In this document: in pieces, positions 8,134 to 16,042 of the stretch
Layout: each line of letters starts with the position of its first letter
How positions within the stretch are numbered: the first letter of the stretch is position 1
NCBI GenBank assembly: GCA_050178385.1
Contig: JBFXGD010000069.1
Location: 1-16,042, forward strand
Origin: Calditrichaceae bacterium
GTDB taxonomy: Bacteria; Calditrichota; Calditrichia; Calditrichales; JBFXGD01
Length of the DNA stretch: 16,042 nucleotides
Direction: 5' to 3'
The notes under the pieces: model-generated
The model's input: only the letters and a program-made list of their open reading frames with translations
What the model was told of the DNA's origin: nothing
Databases searched by the model: none
Position numbers and translations under genes: made by a program

Positions 8134-8155
8134 TTTAAACAATTTGTTTAAACAA
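8134..8155. promoter_or_regulatory. Candidate repressor operator upstream of the acyl-CoA synthetase
   Basis: Perfect 9-1-9 palindrome TTTAAACAA-T-TTGTTTAAA (8134-8152) interlocked with the perfect 12-mer palindrome TTGTTTAAACAA (8144-8155), running into the SD AAGGA. Confidence 0.5.
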
Positions 8156-8165
8156 GGAAGTATTT

Positions 8166-9956
8166 ATGACCAGATTAACCATTCCGCAAGCATTATTAAA
8201 TACTGTTGAAAGATTTAGCGATCGTCCAGGCCTTTTTTATAAATTTAACGGGAAGTACCGGGAGATTAAGTGGGGTGAAGTTCATCGGAAAGTTAATCAA
8301 CTCGCGTCATTTTTATTAAAACAGGGGTTTAAGCGCGGGCAACATGCGGCAATCCTTTCAGATACCCGTTATGAATGGGCGATAGCCGATCTCGCCTGTC
8401 AGGCAATCGGTCTGGTCACGATACCTGTCTACCCGACTCTCAGGGAAGAACAAATCCAAAATATTATCATTCATTCCGAAACCGCCGGTATTTTTGTATC
8501 GGATGAATGGCAATTGGAAAAGATCAGAAATATTCGTGCTGCGCTTCCTGATTTTTTCCCGGTTGTCATATTTGATACACCGGCGGAGAAGTCTGACGAT
8601 GTGACATCTCTTGCGGAAGCGCTTGAATATGGTAAACAAAACTCCGGAAACGCAGATATTCTAAAAGAAAATGTAAACTCAACAAAACCGGATGATCTTG
8701 CCAGCATTATTTATACATCAGGCACAACAGGAGATCCGAAGGGTGTGATGCTCACTCAAGATAATTTTATGTTTAATGTGCAAAGCTGCACGAATGTCGT
8801 TCCTGTCAATGAGGAAGACCTGTTCCTGTCTTTTCTTCCTCTGAGCCATGTACTTGAGCGAATGGCCGGTTATTATCTTCCGCTGTATATTGGCGCTTCA
8901 ATCGCATACGCCGAAAGTATTGACACTGTCGCTCAAAATATGGCCGAAATGAAACCGACAGTGATGATTTCCGTCCCAAGACTTTATGAAAAGATGAACA
9001 CGAAAATTATTGAGGCCGTCGAGTCAGGCACTCCCGTAAAAAGAAAGTTATTTTACTGGGCACTAAAAAAAGGGGAATCATATTTTTCACGTCATTTAAA
9101 CCATCTATCGATTCCTTTCGCGTGTAAAATTAAATTCAGCATAGCCGATAAATTAGTTTTGTCAAAGATTCGCGAAAAAACAGGAGGCCGGCTTAGCTGT
9201 TTCATTTCCGGCGGCGCGCCTCTGCAAAAAGAAACAGGTGAATTTTTCAGTAATGTCGGAATTGTCATATTAGAGGGATTTGGCTTGACCGAGACCAGCC
9301 CCGTCACAAATCTAAACCCTCCTGAAAAAATTAAATTCGGAACCGTTGGACCTGTTATACCGGATGTTAAAGTAAAAATTGCCGATGACGGCGAAATTTT
9401 AACAAAAAGCCGCAGTCTGATGAAGGGCTATTACAAGAATGAATCCGCTACAAATGAAGCGATCGACTCCGATGGATGGTTTCACACGGGAGATATTGGA
9501 TTTCTGGATGAAGACGGTTATTTGAAAATTACTGACAGGAAGAAAAATATTCTGGTTACATCCGGCGGCAAAAACATCTATCCTCAACCGATTGAACAAA
9601 AGCTGAAAGATTCTGTCTACATCGCGGAAGCCGTTTTAATTGGTGATAAAAGAAATTATGTGACAGCGCTTCTCTTGCCGGAACAGGAACAGTTAAACAA
9701 ATTCGCGGTAAATGAAAATATTCAGTTGTCTGATGTAGGTGAATTGATCCGCCATCCGAAAGTCATTGAGTTATTTGATAAAATTGTCAGTGAAAGCATG
9801 GCCAAATTCGCCCGATATGAACAGGTCAAAAAATATACTTTACTTCCTGCTGAATTTACAATTGAGACCGGTGAATACACGCCGACTTTGAAGGTTAAGC
9901 GCAAAGTAATTGAAGAGAAGTTCAGCAAAGAAATTAATTCTATGTATGAAGGTTAG
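8166..9956 (+). CDS. Long-chain-fatty-acid--CoA ligase (AMP-dependent synthetase, FadD15/FAA1-like)
   Basis: P-loop YTSGTTGDPKG, SFLPLSHVLER, VPRLYEK, SGGAPL, EGFGLTETSP, FHTGDIG, ITDRKKNILVTSGGKNI and the C-terminal TPTLKVKR. Confidence 0.93.
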   Translation: MTRLTIPQALLNTVERFSDRPGLFYKFNGKYREIKWGEVHRKVNQLASFLLKQGFKRGQHAAILSDTRYEWAIADLACQAIGLVTIPVYPTLREEQIQNIIIHSETAGIFVSDEWQLEKIRNIRAALPDFFPVVIFDTPAEKSDDVTSLAEALEYGKQNSGNADILKENVNSTKPDDLASIIYTSGTTGDPKGVMLTQDNFMFNVQSCTNVVPVNEEDLFLSFLPLSHVLERMAGYYLPLYIGASIAYAESIDTVAQNMAEMKPTVMISVPRLYEKMNTKIIEAVESGTPVKRKLFYWALKKGESYFSRHLNHLSIPFACKIKFSIADKLVLSKIREKTGGRLSCFISGGAPLQKETGEFFSNVGIVILEGFGLTETSPVTNLNPPEKIKFGTVGPVIPDVKVKIADDGEILTKSRSLMKGYYKNESATNEAIDSDGWFHTGDIGFLDEDGYLKITDRKKNILVTSGGKNIYPQPIEQKLKDSVYIAEAVLIGDKRNYVTALLLPEQEQLNKFAVNENIQLSDVGELIRHPKVIELFDKIVSESMAKFARYEQVKKYTLLPAEFTIETGEYTPTLKVKRKVIEEKFSKEINSMYEG

Positions 9957-10576
9957 ACTAACCGCCTTAAAATCCATTTGACCGGGACAATGCGGGAAAC
10001 ATTTTTCCTGTAATCAGCATAACGTCCGCCAAACTCGGCGAGAAGCCTGTGTTCTTCGAAGATGGAGCCGATATAAAAATAAAGGATTAACCAATTCAGA
10101 ATCAGAAATTTGTAGGTCGTCATAGATGGTTCAAATAGAATTATAATGATCGAAAACAAATAAAGAGGATGCCTGGATACAGCATACATACCGCCGGTAT
10201 TCAGGCGGTATCGCTCATCAGTTTCTGCGGTTTTGTCCCCGGTAAGATAGCGTGTCACCTGCGCGATGCCCAGAAATTCCATTGTATTAAAGTCTCTTAA
10301 TGTCAGAAGAATCCCGCCCACGGCTAAAAGCTGAACAAGACGGAATAGAAAGCCGCCCACACCTTCAACCTGCCAGAACATCTCCGATGGTTTGGGTACA
10401 AGATACCATAAAACAAAAAAAAGCGTGGTCTGAAGGATATTAAATGTCACACGGTATAAACCGAAATACTCCGGATATTGCTTTTTGAACCATCTTTTTA
10501 TCCAGGTCCCGGCGAAAAAGCTGTGAATAATTGAATATAACAGAAAGATTATTATAATAGTTATGACCTGGTTCAT
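9953..10576 (-). CDS. Integral-membrane ICMT/PEMT-family methyltransferase (nurim/NnrU/MddA-like)
   Basis: Several TM segments. GMYAVSRHPLY and EEHRLLAEFGGRYADYRKNVSRIVP are the C-terminal SAM-binding motifs of the ICMT family. HSFFA and EFLGIAQV are nurim/MddA-like. AAGG SD upstream on the minus strand. Confidence 0.85.
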   Translation of the reverse strand: MNQVITIIIIFLLYSIIHSFFAGTWIKRWFKKQYPEYFGLYRVTFNILQTTLFFVLWYLVPKPSEMFWQVEGVGGFLFRLVQLLAVGGILLTLRDFNTMEFLGIAQVTRYLTGDKTAETDERYRLNTGGMYAVSRHPLYLFSIIIILFEPSMTTYKFLILNWLILYFYIGSIFEEHRLLAEFGGRYADYRKNVSRIVPVKWILRRLV

Positions 10577-10690
10577 CGTGCCTTAAAATTTTATGAATAA
10601 ATTGTAATGATAATTTCGATGCGCCATAGCTCTTATTGATACAAAATCGGCGCCTCAAATTATTTCTTTCCGATATTCTGCTCTATCCCG

Positions 10691-10714
10691 TATATTTGGA
10701 TAAATAATTTATCC
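10691..10714 (+). promoter_or_regulatory. -10-like element plus palindrome upstream of pdxA
   Basis: TATATT(TG) at 10691-10698 runs into GGATAAAT-A-ATTTATCC (10698-10714), which ends 15 nt before the ATG. Confidence 0.4.
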
Positions 10715-10729
10715 GGAAAAAGATTAAAC

Positions 10730-11716
10730 ATGAAAAAGAAAATAGGTATTACTCTTGGAGATCCTGCCGGCATAGGCCCTGAAATAGTTTTAAAAGCGAT
10801 TATCCGTCATCCCGATATTTATGAAAAATGTTTCCCGGTTATCTACGGCGATCCGTACATCCTTAATTTTTACCGGGAACTGCTCGGTCTTAAAACAAAA
10901 ATCCTTGAAATAGCTGATTTAAATCAGCTCTCCGACACCAAATCTGATGTGATTTACTGTCTCCCCGTCTCCCGATTCAGAAAAAAGATCATACCCGGAA
11001 AAGTGGCCGGACAGTCCGGCTTAATGGCTTACAATTATATAAAAAAAGCGGTCGAACATGCTATTGAAGGAAAGCTAAACGCAATCGTTACGGCGCCAAT
11101 TAATAAGGAAGCGCTCAAAATGGGCGGCGTCCCCTACCTCGATCATACCGCGATATTGTCAGAACAAACAAACAGCCCGAACACAATGACACTCTTTGTA
11201 ACGGGAAATTTACGAATATTTTTCTATTCCCGGCATATCGCTTTTCGGGAAATCGCTGATTCGCTCAACAAATCTGACATAACGGAATCGCTCCGGCAGT
11301 GCCATAAGTATCTTGAAAAAATTGGGATAAAAGACCCTGAAATTGCGGTGGCCGCGTTAAATCCTCATTCCGGTGAAAACGGCATGTTCGGACGAGAAGA
11401 AATAGAAATATTATTTCCTGCTGTAAAGGTTCTGCGAAAATCCGGATTAAAAGTCGATGGCCCTGTCTCTGCCGATTCTGTCTTTCATCAGACGGCGGAA
11501 GGGCGTTATGACGCCGTTCTTGCCCTGTATCACGATCAGGGTCATATTGCCGCCAAAACTTATGATTTTCATCGGACCGTCAGCATCACAATGGGTCTTC
11601 CTTTTTTACGCAGTTCTGTTGACCACGGCACGGCAATGGATATTGCGGGAAAAAATATCGCCAATGAAACAAGTATGGTTGAGGCTATTGACGCGGCTAT
11701 TCGATATTCCTGGTAA
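10730..11716 (+). CDS. pdxA: PdxA-family dehydrogenase, probably PdxA2 type (4-phospho-threonate/erythronate or 4-hydroxythreonine-4-phosphate dehydrogenase)
   Basis: ITLGDPAGIGPEI, VTAPINKE, HT, metal-binding His in SRH, LNPHSGE and LYHDQGH, and GLPFLRSSVDHGTAMDIAG. Confidence 0.93.
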   Translation: MKKKIGITLGDPAGIGPEIVLKAIIRHPDIYEKCFPVIYGDPYILNFYRELLGLKTKILEIADLNQLSDTKSDVIYCLPVSRFRKKIIPGKVAGQSGLMAYNYIKKAVEHAIEGKLNAIVTAPINKEALKMGGVPYLDHTAILSEQTNSPNTMTLFVTGNLRIFFYSRHIAFREIADSLNKSDITESLRQCHKYLEKIGIKDPEIAVAALNPHSGENGMFGREEIEILFPAVKVLRKSGLKVDGPVSADSVFHQTAEGRYDAVLALYHDQGHIAAKTYDFHRTVSITMGLPFLRSSVDHGTAMDIAGKNIANETSMVEAIDAAIRYSW

Positions 11717-11943
11717 AGCGGAGGCATTCAAAAAGATCAGCCTGTTATTCAGATGTCGATAATATATCTAAGTCAGGTTGAGTTTTTATTAAAAATTGAT
11801 TATTCTTTCATCAATGTAAATTCAAAACTGATTTCTTGTGATGAGATCTGATAATTAAAGGAAAACAGCATACATCAGGAATACATTTAATTGTCCCAGA
11901 ATAAATCATAAAATTCTCCAAAAAAGCAAAACAAGGTTTTCTA

Positions 11944-14900
11944 ATGCATAATAAATTTTATCCGGATCACCCCATACACAAACATTTAGCACAGCGGATT
12001 CTCATTCTTGACGGCGCGATGGGTACGATGATTCAGCAGTACAGGCTTAAAGAAGCTGATTTTCGCGGTGTCAGATTCAAGGATCATCCGATCGAGTTAA
12101 AAGGGAATAATGACCTGCTTTCCATTACACAGCCCGGGATTATTGAAGAAATACATAACGCATACCTGCAGGCCGGCTCGGATATCATCGAAACGAATAC
12201 TTTCAACGCCAACGGAATTTCCATGCAGGATTACGATCTTGCCGATATAATTTATGAGTTAAATTTTGAATCAGCCCGGATTGCCAGACGCGCGGCAGAG
12301 GTATTCACTAATTCTGATCCGCAGAAACCGCGATTCGTTGCAGGCGCCATCGGACCCACCAACCGTACTCTCTCCATGTCTCCCAAGATTAACGACCCTG
12401 CCTTCAGAGCAGTGACCTTTGATGAGATGGTTCAGGCGTACTATGATCAGGTCCGGGGATTAGTGGACGGCGGGGTTGATTTGATTCTGATTGAGACGAT
12501 ATTCGACACTTTAAACGCAAAAGCCGCCATATTTGCCGTCGAAAAATATTATGACGAAATCGATAAAAAAATCCCTTTAATGTTATCGGTTACAATTGTT
12601 GACATGAGCAACCGGACACTGTCAGGACAGACTCTGGAAGCATTCTGGATTTCTGTAAAACACGCCGATCTGTTAAGCGTAGGAATAAATTGCGCTCTCG
12701 GGCCTCAACAGATGCGCCCCCATATTGAGGAGATTTCGAAACTGGCCCCCATTTATACAAGTGTATATCCAAACGCGGGACTTCCAAATGAATTCGGGGG
12801 ATACGATGAAGGTCCGTCACAAATGGCTGAAGTTCTTGCCGAATTTGCAAACAGCGGATTTATCAACATCGCCGGTGGCTGCTGCGGAACAACTCCGGAT
12901 CACATCCGCGCCTTTGCTGATGCTCTTAAAAACATACAACCAAGAAGGATCCCGGTTGTTGAGAAGCGCGGCAAATTCAGCGGCCTTGAGCCTTTTACAA
13001 TTCTTCCAACTTCCAATTTTGTAAATATAGGCGAACGCTGCAATGTAACCGGGTCGCGTCGTTTTGCAAGACTTGTTAAGAACGGCGAATATGAATCAGC
13101 CCTGGATATCGCGCGAAATCAGGTGGAAAACGGCGCTCAAATTCTTGATATTAATATGGATGATGCCCTTCTTGATTCCGAATCAGCCATGACGCATTTT
13201 CTTAATCTGATTTCATCCGAACCGGAGATCGCGAAGGTTCCCTTAATGCTGGATTCTTCAAAATGGTCCGTGATTACGGCAGGCCTGAAATGCGTCCAGG
13301 GGAAATGCATTGTAAATTCGATCAGTCTCAAGGAAGGCGAAAAAACATTTCTCGAGCACGCCAAAACAGCAAGAAGGTTTGGCGCCGCGGTCGTTGTCAT
13401 GGCGTTTGATGAAGACGGCCAGGCGGAAACAGTTCAGCGCAAAGTTGATATCTGTAAACGGGCCTATAAAATTCTGACAGAACAGGCGAATTTTGATCCA
13501 CATGATATTATTTTCGATCCGAATATTTTTGCCATAGCGACGGGAATTGAATCCCATAACGACTATGCTATGAATTATCTCGAGGCTGTGAGACAGATTA
13601 AAGCAGAAATACCGCATATTCTTGTCAGTGGCGGTGTGAGTAACCTTTCTTTTTCTTTTCGCGGAAACGACGCTGTCAGAGAGGTCATGCATTCATCATT
13701 TCTTTATCATGCCATCCAGGCAGGAATGGATATGGGAATCGTCAATGCCGGACAGATAACCGTATATGAAGAAATCCCTAAGGAAGATCTTGACCTGGTA
13801 GAAGACATATTATTTAACAGACGCTCCGACGCTACGGACCGGCTGATCCATTATGCGGAAAATATCATTCAAAAGGACAAGACCGTTCAAACCGAATCAT
13901 CCTGGCGGAAGGAGTCTGTTGAAGAGCGTCTTAAACACGCTCTAATCAAGGGTATCGTGGAATTTATTGACCATGATACAGCCGAAGCGATGAAAAAATA
14001 TGATGATCCTCTGCTTGTCATTGAAGGCCCGCTGATGGATGGTATGAATACGGTGGGAGATCTTTTCGGATCAGGAAAAATGTTTCTGCCGCAGGTGGTT
14101 AAGAGCGCCAGGGTAATGAAAAAATCGGTCGCGTATTTGACACCGTTTCTGGAAGCGAATAAATCAAAATCAAAAATAAGAAATGCCGGAAAGATACTGC
14201 TTGCCACTGTTAAGGGAGACGTGCACGATATCGGAAAAAATATTGTTGGCGTCGTTCTCGCCTGCAACAATTACGAAATTATTGATCTTGGTGTGATGGT
14301 GCCTGTCGAAAAAATTCTTGAAAGCGCGGTTAAGCTCGAGGCTGATATCATCGGTTTAAGCGGGTTGATTACCCCGTCTCTTGACGAGATGGTACATGTG
14401 GCGGGAGAAATGGAACGGCGGGGATTTAAAACACCTCTTCTTATCGGCGGCGCAACAACATCAAAAAAACATACTGCCGTTAAAATCGACGAAGCATACA
14501 ACTCCGCAGTTATGCATGTCCCGGACGCGTCGAAGGCGGTTGGCGTTGTCAGCAATTTGCTTAGCGATCATCAAACAGAGGCATTTGTTCAGAAAATAAA
14601 GACTGAATACAGTTCCATACGCGATACTTTCCGGCGGCAAAGTTCAAAAACAGTATTATTACCCATCGGAGACGCCAGGACAAACAAACTTCACACCAAC
14701 TGGGGTAAAATCAATATTACCCGGCCTTCATTTTTGGGAAATCAAATATTTAATGACTATTCTCTTGAGGACATCAGAAAGCGGATAGACTGGACGCCGT
14801 TTTTTAGTGTATGGGAAATGAAAGGCCGTTATCCGGATATACTTTCTGATGAAAAAACAGGCTCAGAGTCCCAAAAACTGTTTGATGACGCGAATAAACT

Positions 14901-15630
14901 GCTTAACAGGATCATTGAAGATAAATCGCTTACCGCCAAAGCCGTTATCGGATTCTACCCTGCTCAAAGTATCGGTGATGATATAGAAATCTATTCCGAC
15001 GAAAATCGAAAAAAAAGCATCGCAGTACTCCATACATTAAGACAGCAAATGCAAAAAAACAATTTAAGACCCAATTTATCGCTGGCTGATTTTATCGCAC
15101 CAGTTGAAACCGCGGTCAGTGATTATATCGGTTTTTTTGCCGTAACAGCCGGGATTGGCATTGAAAAACTGATCAGTCAATTTGAATCTGAACACGATGA
15201 TTACAACATGATTCTTACCAAAGCTCTTGCAGACCGTCTCGCTGAAGCCTTCGCGGAACTGATGCATGAACGCGTAAGGAAAGAGTTTTGGGGTTACAGC
15301 CCTGACGAGAACCTTTCCAATGATAAAATCATTCAGGAAGCATATACAGGTATACGACCGGCTCCGGGATATCCCGCATGCCCGGATCATACCGAGAAGG
15401 GAATTTTATTCGGTCTCCTGAATGTCACGGAAAATATTGGTGTCACATTAACAGATAATTTCGCCATGAATCCGGCCGCTTCCGTCAGCGGATATTATTT
15501 TTCACATCCTGAATCGCAATACTTTGGGACAGGTAAATTGGGGAAGGATCAGATTGCGGAATACGCCCGGCGCAAAGGCATGAGTATTCAAACTGTTGAG
15601 AAATGGTTGTCGCCAAATCTTGCATATTAG
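11944..15630 (+). CDS. metH: Cobalamin-dependent methionine synthase, full four-module form
   Basis: [10 protein letters not shown]; Zn ligands GINCALG and GGCCGT; pterin domain [11 protein letters not shown] and [15 protein letters not shown]12 cap [22 protein letters not shown]; activation domain [17 protein letters not shown]. 1228 aa. Confidence 0.98.
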   Translation: MHNKFYPDHPIHKHLAQRILILDGAMGTMIQQYRLKEADFRGVRFKDHPIELKGNNDLLSITQPGIIEEIHNAYLQAGSDIIETNTFNANGISMQDYDLADIIYELNFESARIARRAAEVFTNSDPQKPRFVAGAIGPTNRTLSMSPKINDPAFRAVTFDEMVQAYYDQVRGLVDGGVDLILIETIFDTLNAKAAIFAVEKYYDEIDKKIPLMLSVTIVDMSNRTLSGQTLEAFWISVKHADLLSVGINCALGPQQMRPHIEEISKLAPIYTSVYPNAGLPNEFGGYDEGPSQMAEVLAEFANSGFINIAGGCCGTTPDHIRAFADALKNIQPRRIPVVEKRGKFSGLEPFTILPTSNFVNIGERCNVTGSRRFARLVKNGEYESALDIARNQVENGAQILDINMDDALLDSESAMTHFLNLISSEPEIAKVPLMLDSSKWSVITAGLKCVQGKCIVNSISLKEGEKTFLEHAKTARRFGAAVVVMAFDEDGQAETVQRKVDICKRAYKILTEQANFDPHDIIFDPNIFAIATGIESHNDYAMNYLEAVRQIKAEIPHILVSGGVSNLSFSFRGNDAVREVMHSSFLYHAIQAGMDMGIVNAGQITVYEEIPKEDLDLVEDILFNRRSDATDRLIHYAENIIQKDKTVQTESSWRKESVEERLKHALIKGIVEFIDHDTAEAMKKYDDPLLVIEGPLMDGMNTVGDLFGSGKMFLPQVVKSARVMKKSVAYLTPFLEANKSKSKIRNAGKILLATVKGDVHDIGKNIVGVVLACNNYEIIDLGVMVPVEKILESAVKLEADIIGLSGLITPSLDEMVHVAGEMERRGFKTPLLIGGATTSKKHTAVKIDEAYNSAVMHVPDASKAVGVVSNLLSDHQTEAFVQKIKTEYSSIRDTFRRQSSKTVLLPIGDARTNKLHTNWGKINITRPSFLGNQIFNDYSLEDIRKRIDWTPFFSVWEMKGRYPDILSDEKTGSESQKLFDDANKLLNRIIEDKSLTAKAVIGFYPAQSIGDDIEIYSDENRKKSIAVLHTLRQQMQKNNLRPNLSLADFIAPVETAVSDYIGFFAVTAGIGIEKLISQFESEHDDYNMILTKALADRLAEAFAELMHERVRKEFWGYSPDENLSNDKIIQEAYTGIRPAPGYPACPDHTEKGILFGLLNVTENIGVTLTDNFAMNPAASVSGYYFSHPESQYFGTGKLGKDQIAEYARRKGMSIQTVEKWLSPNLAY

Positions 15631-15675
15631 ATAAATTCAGAATAAATAAAAATGTCAAACTCAGGATAAAACAAA

Positions 15676-16042
15676 ATGTCTGCAAAAAATCACCTGACAA
15701 TCGAATACATTTTTAATTTTGACGATGGGCGAAAAGCAAATTTTTTGATAAAACTGGATTCCGCCACACTTCGTTATGTTTCAGATGAAACTGATCATTT
15801 CCCGGACTGGGCCAGGCTGGAACATGAACAATGCCCGAATTGCACTCTCAGTAAGGAAGAGACCCTCTACTGCCCCGTCGCAAAAAACCTGAATCATATC
15901 ATCCCGTCTTTTTCTGATGTTAAATCATTTGATAAAGTGCTCGTTCTTGTAAAAACGGATGAACGCAATTTCGCCAGAAAGACAAGTATTCAAAGAGGAC
16001 TCAGTTCGATGTTAGGGATTTATATGGTCACAACCGGCTGCC
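15676..16042 (+). CDS. Cys-rich hypothetical protein (DUF6901-like), 3'-truncated by the window end
   Basis: Not in the supplied track because it has no stop in the window. Manual translation from ATG 15676 (AGGA at 15663-15666) is open to the end: MSAKNHLTIEYIFNFDDGRKANFLIKLDSATLRYVSDETDHFPDWARLEHEQCPNCTLSKEETLYCPVAKNL...KTDERNFARKTSIQRGLSSMLGIYMVTTGC. The family name is from recollection. Confidence 0.8.
   Translation, partial: MSAKNHLTIEYIFNFDDGRKANFLIKLDSATLRYVSDETDHFPDWARLEHEQCPNCTLSKEETLYCPVAKNLNHIIPSFSDVKSFDKVLVLVKTDERNFARKTSIQRGLSSMLGIYMVTTGC

Noticed and set aside
11457..11762. 101-aa +1-frame ORF overlapping the pdxA 3' end (possible frameshift extension)
   Set aside because: PdxA is complete in its own frame at normal length, and the alternative product has no recognisable features.
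11796..11814. TTGAT...ATCAA as an FNR box
   Set aside because: The spacer is 9 nt, whereas FNR requires 4.
11753..11851. 32-aa ORF MSIIYLSQVEFLLKIDYSFINVNSKLISCDEI upstream of metH as a leader peptide
   Set aside because: It has no properly spaced SD (GGAGG is about 28 nt upstream), no Met-codon run and no attenuator hairpin.
1..16042. CRISPR arrays, IS/integrase/phage genes, tRNA/rRNA, defence systems, recoding (Sec/Pyl, frameshifts)
   Set aside because: I saw no regularly spaced repeats, transposase or integrase motifs, or RNA-gene signatures. All complete genes are uninterrupted and of expected length.

Overview
This is a gene-dense bacterial chromosomal window of mostly housekeeping and envelope genes. 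I see no mobile element, CRISPR array, rRNA or tRNA. From left to right it holds: (1) the 3' part of a hypothetical gene with a Gly/Met-rich segment; (2) a MacAB-TolC-type exporter operon with TolC, a MacA-like adaptor, a stand-alone ABC ATPase and two MacB-type permeases, closed by a clear intrinsic terminator; (3) a UPF0158-like protein; (4) a YrbG/CaCA cation antiporter; (5) a long-chain acyl-CoA synthetase; (6) a convergent ICMT/nurim/MddA-like membrane methyltransferase on the minus strand; (7) a PdxA2-type dehydrogenase; (8) full-length B12-dependent metH; and (9) the 5' part of a Cys-rich, DUF6901-like gene that is missing from the supplied ORF track. TolC indicates a diderm, and AGGAG Shine-Dalgarno sites are used. 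A Calditrichota/KSB1/FCB-type host is only a weak guess. I cannot support a clearly new multi-gene system. The best leads are three operator-like palindromes near gene starts (the strongest before the acyl-CoA synthetase), a structured leader upstream of the methyltransferase, a 17-aa sORF inside the exporter operon, a charge-reversed UPF0158 motif, an orphan PdxA2 and the metH/Cys-rich gene pairing. Family assignments come from motifs recognised by eye, not from database searches.
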